Below, piece by piece: positions 10,852 through 24,260 of a stretch of DNA of 64,000 nucleotides. Location of the stretch: the NCBI GenBank assembly GCA_964016885.1, contig OZ024741.1:159340001-159404000 (forward strand), written 5' to 3'. This DNA comes from Eledone cirrhosa (lineage: Eukaryota). The position numbers and the translations under genes were made by a program. Below the pieces are notes generated by a model. The model did no database searches, was not told where the DNA came from, and saw only the letters and a program-made list of their open reading frames with translations. Position 1 is the stretch's first letter. Each line of letters begins with the position of its first letter.

Positions 10852-13164
10852 CAACACTATCTGCTAACCATATGAATGTATAACTATATATGAAGATGTG
10901 AGAGGTAGAGATGGTGGAGATAGTAAGTGGAGAGACAGACAGGATAGACACACAAATATGCACCCCACACACACTCATCTACACACACACCTACAAACAT
11001 CCGCATACATACACACGTCTTCTGTCCTTGGTTCTCTGCTTGTATCTGTTGGATTGCTATTCACACCTGGATTTTGTTCATACAACACATCTGTGATCTA
11101 ATACCTAATAACAACAGACAACTACTACTATTACAACAGCAAACAACATCAGACAACAGCAACAACTGCAGTGAAACTATGGCTTTAGACAGAAGGTTTG
11201 TAAACACCATTTAAGTTAACAGGATTTTATTTCCCAGATATGTGTGCACAAGCAAATCCATAGACCCAGTCTTCAGTGATCCCTTCAAAATATTAATACT
11301 GACAACAATGATTTCTAACATAGGCACAAAGCTACAAATCAAAGGGGTATATAGATCGATTTATATCAACCCCAATATTTGGCTGGTACTTATTAGAATG
11401 TCAGATAGAATGCTTTGTAGTATTCATTTCGGTTCTCTGCTCTCTCAGTTCAAATCCCGCCAAGGTCAACTTTGCCTTTCATCCATTTAAGGTTGATAAA
11501 AAAGTACCACTCTTTTACTGAGGTCGATTGTTCCTCAATACTTATTTCTCTCTTCCTTTCTTTCACTCTCTCTATCTTTCTCTGGAAGAAATCTGCTGTA
11601 TTCAGACCTTGAGAGGAGACGGGCTCCGCCTGGTTTTAAAATGTTGTATAGTCAAGAAAAGCTGTATGTCAATACAACACCCCTACGACTCCATCAGGAG
11701 TTATGGACCATACTTATTTAGGTACTGAGGTGATGTTAATATAATTGAATATATCCTATTGAATAATAATTATAATTGTTTCTACATTTGACGCAATGCC
11801 TGTAATTTGAACGTAAGGGGAAAATCGATTAAAGGGACCTCAGTACATAGCTAGTACTTTATTTTATCAACCCCGTAAGGATGAAAGGCAAAGCTAACCC
11901 TTTTCTATTTTTGGCACAAGGCTAGTAATTTTTGGGATGGGGTTTGTGGCGGAGCAAAGCCAATCATGTTGACCTCAATACTTGGTTGGTCCTTTATTTT
12001 ACCAATTCTGGCAAAGTTGATCTCGGCGGGAATTGAACTTAGAGCAGAATGCATACCACAAACCATTCTATCCGACATTCTAATGACTTCACCAACTCGC
12101 CATGTGGTCCCACAGCAACCAGCAAAAGTTCATAGTGTCTACTTCCTATAAACTGACTGTTGGTAATCTTCATCTACTTAGTGACTGTGAACCAATGAGT
12201 TAGCTTCTATGTGGTTGTTTGAAATAGCAGCCAAATCTCCCTCAAATCACATCCTACCATACACAGTATAGCATACTGCATGCATTTTATCGTAGCACTA
12301 CTATCAGATAGGTTGCCATGATCTTGACAAAACTAAAGAGTCCTCTCTACTTTATGTTGTCAGTGTTTGATTTTCATCCACTTTACAGAGTGTACTGGGT
12401 GCATTTTATCATAGCACCAGCACTACTCTATATATATATAGTAGTGAATTTTGTAAAAATTATATCCTAAGTTGGCAGACAACTCTGTACAAATGACGAG
12501 TTGTAATATACAGAATTTGGTTAAATTCACTACATTTTCATCTCTCGAATACTGAAAAAGTTATTACTTCATCAGCTTGTCAGTTGGACATATTTGTATT
12601 AACAAGGCAATAAGTTCCTCAGCAAAAGCTGCGTATTCGACAAATGAAAACATTGTGAATTTAACCAAATTTTGTGTGTATATATATATACATCATCATC
12701 ATCATCATCATCACCGTTTAACATCAATTTTTCCACGCTGGCATGTGTTGGATAAGTTATCATGTTGTGAGCAATGCCAGGTCAGGTGACCATGTCTTGT
12801 TCATACAGAACCGATTTTGGCTTGATTTCTACAGCTGGATGCCCTTCCTAGTGCCAACCTCATTTACAGTGAGTACTGGGTGCTTTTGACATGACGCCTA
12901 CATGACCACTTTACAGTGTGGGCTGGGTGCTTTTTGCCGTGACAACTACACAACCACTTTACATCATTTTATGCCAACTTTTCCATGCTGGCATAGGTTG
13001 GATGGGACCTTTTGAGGCCATGTTTTACAACTAGATGCCTTTCCTGATACCAACTCTTTTAGTCACTTTTTATGACAAGCAGGGATATGGTGTACCTATT
13101 TCTAAACTAGATACACATAGTTATATAACATATGTGTGTGTGTGTATTAGAGTATATAATATAA

Positions 13165-13430
13165 ATAATTGTTTCTATTTTTGGCACAAGGCCAGTAATT
13201 ATCCCAGTGTATTACTGGTTCTGATTTAGGCACAAGGCTAACAATTTGGGGAGGGGGGAGTTGATTAAATCGACCCCAGTGCCTTACTGGTACTTTATTT
13301 TCTTGATCCCATAGGGATGAGAAGCAAAGCTAACCTCAATGCAATTTGAACTCAGAAGGTAAAGGGACGTAACTATATGCCACAAAGCACGTCGTCTGAT
13401 GCTCTACCCACACTGTCAATCCACTGCCCT
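13165..13430 (-). mobile_element. SINE family S1
   Basis: Reverse complement of the 10344-10570 consensus. Confidence 0.85.
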
Positions 13431-13810
13431 TATTAGAGTATATAATAGTAGTGTGTATATAACTCATAAATTGCTTGCTAGCTTGGCATTAATTTTCTAT
13501 TTCTATTCTGATGTGGTTGGGTAAGCATTTAGTCCTAACAAAGTCTAAGAGTTGGCTTGTGTGTATTTGTATAAGAGTATGTATGTATATGCATACATGT
13601 GTCTGTTTCAGGGAATATTTATGTGTGTGTGTGTGTGTCTGCATATGAATGTGAGTTTGTGTGTGTTTGGAAGAATATATATATATATATTCTCCCAAAC
13701 ACACACGCACTTGAGGGCGGTTGACCGGGCTGGTAGCTGCTAAATGGCCTGCCGCCCTCGTGTCTTTGCCCCATGGATTTTGTCTATTATATTCCTTTGT
13801 TATATTTCGA

Positions 13811-13868
13811 ATACCTGATGATGTCACCGGATTCATACTGAACCCGGTCATTGAAATGATTATAGTAT
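13811..13868 (+). ncRNA. Type I hammerhead ribozyme
   Basis: Stem I atac/gtat, CTGATGA 13815-21, stem II with accgg/ccggt and ttca/tgaa, GAAA 13853-56, self-complementary stem III tgatta, site ATA ending 13864. Confidence 0.8.
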
Positions 13869-13950
13869 AATAAATCTTTTAAGGAATTACACCAGTCCAG
13901 CCTCCTGTTATTTTATAATATATACATATATATATATATGATGATATAGA

Positions 13951-13992
<42 letters not shown>

Positions 13993-14015
13993 CGCGATAG
14001 AGGTAAATAGATAGA

Positions 14016-14512
14016 TTTCTTTATTAGCCACAAGGGCGCAACAAGAAAGGGGACAATACAAAGACATGCCGGGGATTTTACATACAGTCGTGTAAAAAAA
14101 TATAAAAACAAACAATTTCAACAATCGAAATCCCCAATAGGGGGGAGGCGCCACAAATGGGTTGTTTAATACCCCGTCGATAGAACAACCCTCAACTCAA
14201 GGAGCGTGTTGTGCAAGTGCTCCTTTCTTCCTTTTGCTCTCTTCCTCAACCTACAGGCTTATAAACAGAGAAGGCCCAATCACTCGGGCCATTTTCGCTT
14301 CATTCACCCACCTTTCAGTAAATTTACTGGGGTGCAGTGCCTCTCTCTCCACCCTGATTCTCCTTCTAAAGTGATACTTAAAGAATGGAATCAATTGTTG
14401 TCCGGAGAGAAAGGCATCTGTCCTCAGTCCTCTCAACCTCGTCCACCATATAACTTCTTTCACCATAGCCACCGTACAGAAGAAAACCGCCTCTCTTTCG
14501 TTTTTGAAAGAG
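14016..14512 (-). mobile_element. Tx1/L1-group LINE 3' end, related to 210-1470
   Basis: AVFFCTVAMVKEVIWWTRLRGL...FRRRIRVERE matches ORF 894-1166. Confidence 0.9.
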
Positions 14513-15044
14513 TCTGGCAAATAGATAGATAGGTAGACAGACAGATAGAATATATGTATGTTTGTGTGTTTGAGAGAATATGTATATATACATATATATA
14601 TATATGTATGTGAGTGTGTGTGTGTATGTATGTTTGAGGGAATGCGTGTATGTATGGGTACGTGTGTGTCTGAATATGTGTGTGTGTATGTATGTGTGGC
14701 TACCCCTACCCTACAGACCATGTCTTAAAGTATTTACACTGATTCCACATTGTTTAGGTTCAAATTCCATTGTAATTCCCTTGATGTTTCATCTTTTTAT
14801 GACCTCAGAAAATAAGTACAGAATGTGTGAGGGGTGAGGGTGATTTGATTAACTCTAACCTTCACGCGGGAGGAGTGTCAGTTGATTTTAATAACTTTCT
14901 ACAGCTATCCCTATAGCACCTATCTGCTGATCTTATGAAAATGTATACCATGCACCAGTTGTTATAGGCTTATGATTTTGAGGGGACCAACAGGCCTTAA
15001 ATTCTCATTCTTTAGTTCTGTTCTTTTACTGTGTCCATAATATA

Positions 15045-15440
15045 AAGCTCCGATGGCAGCTGACTTGATAAACACCCACAAAATTATTAACCATCTTTCC
15101 AACAACAACCCTGAGCACTTTTTAAAATTCCATGTGTCTAAACCCATGGATATGCTTACAAAATCAGAAAACAACACAGCTCCCATGAATTTCGGAAGCG
15201 TTTTTTCACGCTCAGAGTTGCTGAAGCATGGAACAAACTACCTACATCAGTTGTTAGCTGTCGGGACACTGCATCCTTCAAAACTTCCATCCTTCCCGAA
15301 ATTCATCAACACTACATGTGTCTGTGTGTATATCACAACTCATACACTGTTCACTTTCTTGACGTTTGTACATTGTACTATACGTGCACCTTCGATGAGT
15401 TGTAGTGCACCTGAGCACTGTAGACAATAATTTTCATAAT
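15045..15440 (+). mobile_element. CR1-group LINE 3' end
   Basis: Matches 7180-7600. Confidence 0.9.
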
Positions 15441-18400
15441 AATATATTATATATATACTTGTAACCCATACATAAATCATAAATATTTAGAACTGATCAC
15501 TAAAATACTTAACCATTTTGATACCAACCTGCCCCAAACCAGCTCTGGTTCTATGAAACAAAACCAGAAATGTTTAAGTGTTGCTATTTAAATTAAAATC
15601 TTCCAATGTAATTTTATATAAGAACCAAATGTTATGATGAAATTATTAATAATTTATTCCCCCCCCCCCCCCCCCCCCCTCCATCACCCACCCAATCTTC
15701 ATTAATTAATTGAAATAGAATGTATTTCATTAGAAATATAGTCACAGAAATCCAGTGGATTAGTTAAGTAATGTCCCACAACCAATAATGAGTGTTCCTA
15801 AGTAAACATTGTCAACCTTTAAAAAATTGTTATTTAAATATCTAATGACTGAAACAATACAACCATGAATACTAACGACCAAAATTGGCTTCCTCTGAAG
15901 GGTCACTGGAGTAATGTTATTCAGTAGGGTGCATAGTTCAGAGATGAAGGAATTGCCACTTCTTTGCATTGAGAATTCACAGTTCCAGTACTATGAACAT
16001 GTAGTTAGAATGTCTAAGGAAAGTATTTCAGGACAGAAATATGGTCATGAATCGATTAATGACCAGTTTGAAATGATGCCTACACTTTTATATATAGCCT
16101 GATTCTGTTACCAGCGTTGAGGACCTAGATTTTACATTTGACCCGGGCCTATTACCAGCATTTCACAGGTCTGGATGCAACCATTTACCCAACTCTCACT
16201 TCTGTCACCCATAACATATCTCAAGGCAACATTTATACAATCCTTCCAGACTTTTAGATGCAGTTTTTGCTATGTTGTAGATGTTAGGTTACCAGGAGAG
16301 GTTATTGGTGATTGAAAATTTCTACTTCATTTTCCTTTCTTAACCCTTTTATTACTATATTTCTAACGAAAGACATAATTTTGAAAATAATCAAGTTTTT
16401 TGGGGTGTGGGGGATTCTGTAATATAACTAACTTTCGTATTATTTAGCTGGTATAAATGGTTAGAGCATCAGACAAAATGTTTTGCGGCATTTAATTACA
16501 TCCCTTTAAATTCTGAATTCAAATCCTTCTGAGGTCAGCTTTGCCTGTCATCATTTCCAAGGTCGTCAATAAAATAAAGTACCAAGCAAGTACCAGAGTC
16601 AAATTTATCAACTTTCCCCTCCCCAAATTGTCAGCCTTGTGCCTAAAGTAGAAATCATTATTAAACTGGTGTTTGGAACATAACTTAATAATGATCCTTA
16701 CACAAAATTATGATGGAAGGTTTTTAGATAAACATAAACACTTTAAAATAAAAAGCTTTGTATCATAGAATAATGGGCAGTTCAGCCAGCTTTGTATCAA
16801 AAGGGTTATGATAGCAGGATATGATTTGAGAAACGTTTGGCTGCTATTTCTTCCAACTTGAGTGACCACATAGTGGATCTGTGCATGGCTTCTGTACCTG
16901 ATTACTTTTTAATGTAAACATTGTATTTTAGTTTGTGCTTCCTATTCTATGAGAAAACACATAGAGAAGAACTATGGGGGATTGTTGCTGGTTTACTGAC
17001 ATTCACAACAATAACAATAACACTATTGTATTATAGTTTCCTCTGTTTGTCTTGTATTACATGGGAATTCTCTAGAAAGAAATTAGATTATATTGTTTAA
17101 GTTAGGTGATGTCATTTTGTTGATTCACTTTTCATTTCCGTATTTCTCATGAAATACTTTGTAAAACATAGTCTGTATTATTAGAGCTACAGCAAAGCAA
17201 ATGGAACTTAAATGTTAAAAAATGTTGGAATGTTACCTTGGAGTTTTTTAATAGTCCTTATATTTCAGGATAACACCCATTCATCAAAAGAAGAATTGAG
17301 GAAACTAATTCAGAGCAGGATATCTTGTGTTGTTCTAAACTGTCATATACTTTATATTTTAATTAATTAATGAAAAATTTGGGAAGAATGTATTAAAATT
17401 ATAATTTCTTTTAAGATGGTATTTGTAACACATGCATGTGTGTGTGTCTGTGTGTATATCATGACTCATACACTGGTTCACTTTCCTGACATTTGTACAT
17501 TATTTTATGTACTGTACATGCACCTTTGATCAGTTGTAGTGCACCTGAGCACTATACACAACAATTTCCATTATTATAAAATTATGTTGGAAGGTTTTGA
17601 ATTAAACAGGAACCCATTAAAATGGGTGGTTTGGATCAGGCTGGTATCAAAAGAGTTAATGCATCATTATCATCAACATTATGTTGAGTTTCCTCAAACA
17701 ACGTTGATAATTAAACTTCTCCACTTGTCTCTATCCAGCATGGCTTCCGCAAGTTCATGCTTTATAGGATTTATCTTTACAAACTTGCTCCAGAAACGTA
17801 GCATGAGGCTGACCTCTTTCTCTCCTACCATGTGTGAGTTCCCATAGCAGTAACTAGTGTAATGCCTCTGCCTGATCTTTTAGCTATAGGTGACCTGTGC
17901 GACCAAGTCTTCTAGCCTTTGGCAAATTTGAATGTTAATGTGTACAGAGAGATGGTGTGCTTCATTAACAGTGTACTTATCTCATTGCCGGATTTACCAT
18001 TGTGCTTAGGTGTGCTTAAGCACAGGGCCCTGTTGGCCGTGGTGGTTGGGGGGAATCTTCTTGCCAAAAAGATTTTTTATGATGAATTTATGATGAATCT
18101 GGCACTGACCTATCTTTTTATTTTTAATTATTATTTTTTTACTGTTTTACTGTTTAGTCAGTGAGAATGGCAGTATCCATAACCCTTTTGACCCCAAGAC
18201 TGGTAGAAGATAGGGAGATGGAGAGGAATGTATCCTCAGACCAGAGACTTGGCTTGAAAGCAACTGATGGTTGATCTAGCAATATGGTAATAATAGAGTT
18301 AGTGTTTATATTTATCTAAGAATCTTCCATCATAATTTTATGTAAGAATCTTTAAGTTATGTTCAAAACACCATTTTGATAATGAGAAAGTTAATTATAT

Positions 18401-18559
18401 TACAAAATCTTTCCAAATATTTGTCAAAATTAATTGAATATCATTTCTTTCATTAAAAATATGGTGATAAAAGGGTTAAAATGTTTATATTTATCTAAAA
18501 GCTTGCCATCAAAATTTATATAAGAATCTTAGTTAAGTTATGTTCTAATACAAGCTTAA

Positions 18560-18782
18560 TAATTGTTTCTACTTTCGGCCCATGACCAGGAATCTAAAGG
18601 GATAGGGAAAAATCGATTAAATTGACCCCAGTGCATTACCAGTACTTGATTTTATCGATCTCATAAGGATGAAAGGTAAAGCTAACCTCAGGAAGATTTG
18701 AACTCAGAACGTAAAGCGCCGTAACTATATGTGCAAAGCATGTAGTCTGACGCTCTACTTATACTGCTAATCCACCATCCTT
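18560..18782 (-). mobile_element. SINE family S1
   Basis: Reverse complement of the S1 consensus. Confidence 0.8.
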
Positions 18783-19630
18783 ACCAGCTTAATAATGTGA
18801 AGGTTAGTTATATTAGTAAATCTTTCAAATTTCTTGATTATTTTCAAAATTATTTGAAAATCATAGGCAGTGTCTTTCATTAGAAATTCGACTATGAAAG
18901 GTGGTGATGGTGATATTAACAGTAGTAATGGTTTTGGTGGTTATAATGGTAGTGGTGTTTGTGGTGGTGGTGGTATGTTGTCATAGTTACCTGCCACCCA
19001 GCTAGTTTGAGGTGTGTTATCTGATTCACTATAGTACAAATGGCCTCCCTTTGTAAATGCTTGTGTAGGTGTGTGTCAGAATGTTTCTGTGTGTGTATGT
19101 CAGTATATCTATGTCATTATGTGTGTCTAAGTCAATATGTGTGTGTGTATGTCAGTATATCTATGACATTATGTGTGTGTGTATGTCAGTATATCTATGT
19201 CATTATGTGTGTCTATGTCAATATGTGTGTGTGTATGTTATTATGCACGTGTCAGTGTGTTCTGCTATTAATTTCAGTAAAGTAGTCAGCTACTCATTGT
19301 AGGTGTGTGTGGCAATATATATGTTTCTGTGTATGTATACATGTGTATGCGTGTCAATATGTTTCTGAACATGTATGTCAGTATGTGTGTGTGTGTATGT
19401 CAGTACATCTCTATGACATGTGTGTATGTCAGCATGTTTGTGTGTGCGTGTTTGTGTAGGTGTATTTGTGAGTGTGTCAGTATATATGTATGGGTATCTG
19501 TATATCTGTTAGTATACATGTATTTGTGTATGTGCATCTGTCTTTATATCCGTATGTATATGTATCTGTGTGTGTATGTACCAATAAGTTTATTTGCCAT
19601 TCTTTAGCTAGCTGAAAAACAGCTATGAAT

Positions 19631-19954
19631 TACCGTATGTCCCGGCGCCGAAGACGCACCCTAATTTTGACAACCAAAAATTTGAAAAAGAATAATTGTT
19701 TCTAATTTTGGCACAAGGCCAGCAATAACCCAGTACATTACTGGTACTTTATTTTATCGACCCCGTAAGGATGAAAGGCAAAGTTAACTTCGACGGGATT
19801 TGAACTCAGACCGTAAAGGGACGTAACTATGCTGGAAAGCATGGCGTCCGATCCTCTCCCGATACTGCCAACCTTCGGCTTCCAGGACGCATGGTAGACT
19901 GTTGAGACTTATTTTAGGAAAAAAGAAGCGTCTTCGACTCCGGGAAATACGGTA
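19631..19954. mobile_element. Tc1/mariner-superfamily (Tc2/pogo-like) MITE interrupted by an S1 SINE (about 19692-19875, minus)
   Basis: TIRs TA-CCGTATGTCCCGGCGCCGAAGACGC ... GCGTCTTCGACTCCGGGAAATACGG-TA. Confidence 0.85.
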
Positions 19955-20023
19955 GTTCTATAATAAAAATATAAAAAAAATAAAAATCCACCACCACCAT
20001 TGCTGCTGCTGCTACCACCACCA

Positions 20024-20077
<54 letters not shown>

Positions 20078-20132
20078 GCCCACAATATTTCCTGAAAAAT
20101 CTAGTAAATTTATAGAACACCCCACTTGATTT

Positions 20133-20770
20133 CAGTGGGAAATAAAATTCTTTCCTCGGATTTTTCGTGTGCTATCAACTAATCTAGCCTCCAAGATTCT
20201 GGCAATCGACCTTTTTCCAAGAGAACAGAGAGGATGGGGTGGGTCCTCGGAGTTTTCTCTAAAATGTTATCAATCGGAAAAAGGTAGGTGAAAGGGAGCA
20301 AAAAGATCAGAGTTTCACAGGTCTACACACCTCTCGCGTTTGGTGGGAAATAGTTATCCTTCCTTGTTTTTTTCTGGATCTCTTAGATGCTTGCAATAGA
20401 CTTGATTCCTGGAAAACTGAAACTCTAACTCTAACCATAACCCTAAACCTAATCCTGGAAAGAAAAAGTTTATTGCAAGAATCTAAGAGGTCCAGAAAAA
20501 AATAGAGGGAAGATAATTATTTCCCACCAAAGTTGAAAGGTGTGTAGATCTGTGAAATTCCGGTGGTCATTGGACTGGTTTAAAGGCCCTACTTGTTGAT
20601 AACACGCGAAAAAAAATCGTAGGGAAAACTCCAACGAGGAGGGATATGTGGGGAACAACCCACTCCACTCTTTCCGTTCTCCTGGAAAAAAGTCAATTAT
20701 CAGCATCTTGGAGGTTAGATTAGTTGATAACGCATGAAAAAAAAAAGAGGAAAAAGATTTTTTCCCACTC
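20133..20770. mobile_element. Foldback element: about 290-bp imperfect inverted arms around a TAACCC-like loop
   Basis: For example tatcaactaatctagcctccaagat / atcttggaggttagattagttgata and tttggtgggaaata / tatttcccaccaaa. Confidence 0.8.
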
Positions 20771-21106
20771 ACGTTTTTTTAATTCTTCCAGCATTAAATA
20801 TGTTATCACGAACATAGAAAAAAATTGTTTTAACAAGGGAAATAAATATGTATGAGTATATATGGAGTTATCTTTTCTTTGTATGCCATTTATTTTCTTT
20901 TTTTTTTCGGCCCGGAAAATTATTTCCTCGTTAAATCAAAGGTTAGTGTGGCAGACCTCATGACATGGGGTCTTTTTTGAAACAATGTTTTATAGCTGGA
21001 TACCCTGTCCTGTGTCAATTCTTTAATTGCCTCCTACAACGCGCAGGAATATGATGTACTTGTACTAAATTGGATACACAGTCAAATTTTCCCCTGCAGT
21101 TGTGTT

Positions 21107-21242
21107 TCTGTAGACCCCTGTAGAGAGAGTAAGGGTCTGTAGAAGTCTGTAGACTCCATGTAGAGAGAGTAAGGATCTGTAGACCCCTGTAGAGTGAGTA
21201 AGGGACTGTAGCAATCTGTAGACCCCCTGTAGAGAGAGTAAT
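21107..21242. repeat. Minisatellite, unit ctgtagacccctgtagagagagtaagg(+)
   Basis: Four imperfect units. Confidence 0.9.
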
Positions 21243-21400
21243 GAAAATATTTTTGTACAGTGCTCAGGTGCACTACAACTCATCAAAAGTGTATGTATAG
21301 TACATAGGATAATGTACAAACGTCAGGAAAATGAACAGTGCATGAGTCATGATATACACGTGTGTGCATGTGTATGGAAGTGGGACATCAGGTGTAGTTT
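21240..21400 (-). mobile_element. CR1 3' UTR fragment
   Basis: Reverse complement of 7440-7595. Confidence 0.85.
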
Positions 21401-22331
21401 TGGTAAATAATTCGATATTGCTACAACAAAAGCTCCAGTCTATTGCTCTCCAGCTAGTGTATTTCTTCAGCAGGTTATAATCTCTGAAATTGTTCTGAAT
21501 GAGTGGTAAGGTATATTGTTTAATTGGATGGTTTCCTGGGATGAGAGGACACTTCATTTGTGTCAAGGGTATGACAACCTCTCTATTCTTAGAATCACCA
21601 TAAAAGGCTCCCAGCTCACTGCAAACGGGTTGGTGATAGGAAGGGAACCCTGCCATAAAAAAAACTTGCCAAAAAAAGGGTCGAGAAGACTTTGCAGTTG
21701 TGTCAAGGACATGACAACCTCTCTAGTGCTGGTATCATAACAAAATGCACCCATTATACTCTGTAAAGTGCTGGAACATAAGTAAATGGGTTGAAAGGAA
21801 TTATCAGTTGTGTAAAGAGCACAACAAGTTCTCTAGTATTAGTAACACGGTGAAACACACCCAGTAAACTCTGTAAAGTGGGTGATGATGGGAAGAGCCA
21901 TAGAAAATTTGCCAAACAAAGGATCAAGAGGACTGTTTAGTTGTGTCAAAAACATAACTTCTCCAGTGTTGGTGACATCATATAATGCACCTGGTGCACT
22001 CTGTAGATTGCAGGAATGCATGTAATTATGATGCAATCCCAGACCCATCTCAGAGGTCAGTAGCTCTGATTAAGTACTGACTTGGTCAGTGATGACCTGT
22101 CCAACCCATACGATAGGTAAAATTGGACGTTAAATGATTATCATGGAACTCTGAAAACAGAATGAACACTATGGAGCCAGTTGGGTGGTCTCTAATTTAG
22201 TTGTTCTTAGCCATTAGTGATCCATGTTCCACAATAACACTTCAAAAAAAGTTGATGCTCTCTACAATATATTACAACATGTTAGGTTTTAAAACGTATA
22301 ATATAAATTTGAAATGTTGTCACTCCAAATG

Positions 22332-22441
22332 CAAATGATTATAGTAATAGTCGATCACTATAAATAATAGTTGAAAAATCAGGTGAAGAACCTGATTTTT
22401 CAACTATTATTTATAGTGACTGACTATTATATAGTCATTTG
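22332..22441. repeat. Near-perfect hairpin, about 52-bp arms with a 5-nt loop
   Basis: ...tcactataaataatagttgaaaaatcaggt-gaaga-acctgatttttcaactattatttatagtga... Confidence 0.95.
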
Positions 22442-23039
22442 GGTTGACTCCATCTCAAATGTTCCCCATGCCTTTGAAGTCAACCACATGTTTATATAGT
22501 ATAAAATTTAGAAAAAATACTTGCCAAAATATCCAAATTGCCATCTACCCCCTCTCTCATCAATTGTTGGGTATGTCACATCATGGTCAGCTCCACTGCT
22601 CTAAATGGTTGTTTAACTTGCTAGAAATAGCAGCTATATGTTTCTTATACCACATTCTACTAGCTAAAAAAAAACGTTTGATGATATCTTCTACAGTACA
22701 TAGACGTCACTCTCATCTTGTGTTAATAATAATGACATCATCATCTTCGCCATTTAATGTCCACCTTCCACGCTAGCATGGTGTTATATATATATATCGA
22801 TAATGATAATGGTGATTGAATAACACAATATATATATATATATATCATCATCTCCGTTTTACGTCCAGTTTTTTACTCTAGCATGGGTTAAACGATTTGT
22901 TCTATTGTGGGCAATGCTCCGTCAGGTGACCATGTCTTGCACATACAGAACTGATATAAATATATATATATATAAAATAAGTAAGTCAAACATGTAAAAT
23001 TTGGCTTCGTTTATTATAAATTCTCTGCTATATATATTT

Positions 23040-23470
23040 CGGTGACAGCTATTATTGGCTGTGACCTCTTCAGGCAGTCCGAATTAATGTGGAAAAGACA
23101 GGTAAAGATGTTGTTGAAGTGTGTTCCACTGTCAATATATCGATATGTCCAGCTCCTGGGTATGTTGTTAGTCCTCCGAAGAACTGGAATCATATGGGCT
23201 AGAACAAACGAATTTCAGCATCAGAGGGCACACTCGTACCCCATTGGACAGTTGTCATACCACTCCCCAGTCGAAAGTCTATAGAAATTCTTCAGAGACA
23301 GGTGAGCCTGTTATAGTTGTTTTTATCAGAATGTTTAAGTACAGCTGACCTCCTTTACTGTGGCGGTAGTGGTAGTGGTGTTAAGAGGTCAGCTAGCAGG
23401 TCAAACTTAGTATGCTGCTGCTATGATCTGAAGAATTTATGTGTGTATAGGCTGGCATCTATCCTGCCAC
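23040..23470 (-). mobile_element. Decayed Penelope-like reverse transcriptase fragment
   Basis: Minus strand DASLYT ... PMGTSV ... WTYRYID across frameshifts, like PLE RT motifs DxxSLYT / GxxMGT / WxRYIDD. Confidence 0.55.
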
Positions 23471-24074
23471 CATTTCACGTGGTGGGGGAGGCCAAACAGA
23501 TAAAGAATGCGTGTGTGTTACAACCAATATAGAAAATTTAGAAAAGTATAAAATGAAATAAAAAAAACCTGTGAATAAAAATTGAGGAGTGTAAAGAATT
23601 ACAATTCTTATTTCAGCATAGAGTACGTAAGTGTAATTGTCCGTCAACGCACACTGCTGCGCGTGCTCACGTATAAACACAGGCTCGGGTGCATACACCT
23701 ATTTACGTCCACACAGTCCAACAAAAGATGGGTAAACAAACCAACCTGCGTACTTTGTTGAATGCTCCAATCTGCATACTGAGGTGTCGGTAAACAGCCA
23801 ACTTATATTGAATATATATATATACACACACACATACACACACACACACACACATGTATATAGTAAAAGGTACACTAGCAGATAAAGTGTATGGGAAAGT
23901 TATATCTGTATAAATACAGAGTGTGTAACTGACTAAGGTCCATTCCATTATATACAGATATAACTTTGGCTGCTAGCACACTTTTAAATATATATCTGAA
24001 TTAATTACCAACACGAGTGCTAATTATATGCAAATTAGTATGTACATTTCAGAATAATACTAAGAATTAATGAG

Positions 24075-24127
<53 letters not shown>

Positions 24128-24213
24128 ATCAAATACATGATTCCTTGTGATTGATTGGATGATATAAACCCATGCAAGCCTGGAAGATGGACGTTAAACA
24201 ATGATGATGACAT

Positions 24214-24260
24214 GTCTTCTGATGAGGGTTCAATAAAATCTGAAAATTTTATGTAAAGAT
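24214..24260 (+). ncRNA. Type I hammerhead ribozyme (stem III damaged)
   Basis: gtctt-CTGATGA-gggtt..aatct-GAAA-attttatGTA-aagat. Confidence 0.6.

Noticed and set aside
11179-11200. ATGGCTTTAGACAGAAG|gtttgt as a first coding exon
   Set aside because: Too short, weak donor, and no supported downstream exon.
16932-17100. Possible coding exon after ttttag (LCFLFYEKTHREELWGIVAGLL...)
   Set aside because: No recognisable homology or clear donor; could be chance.
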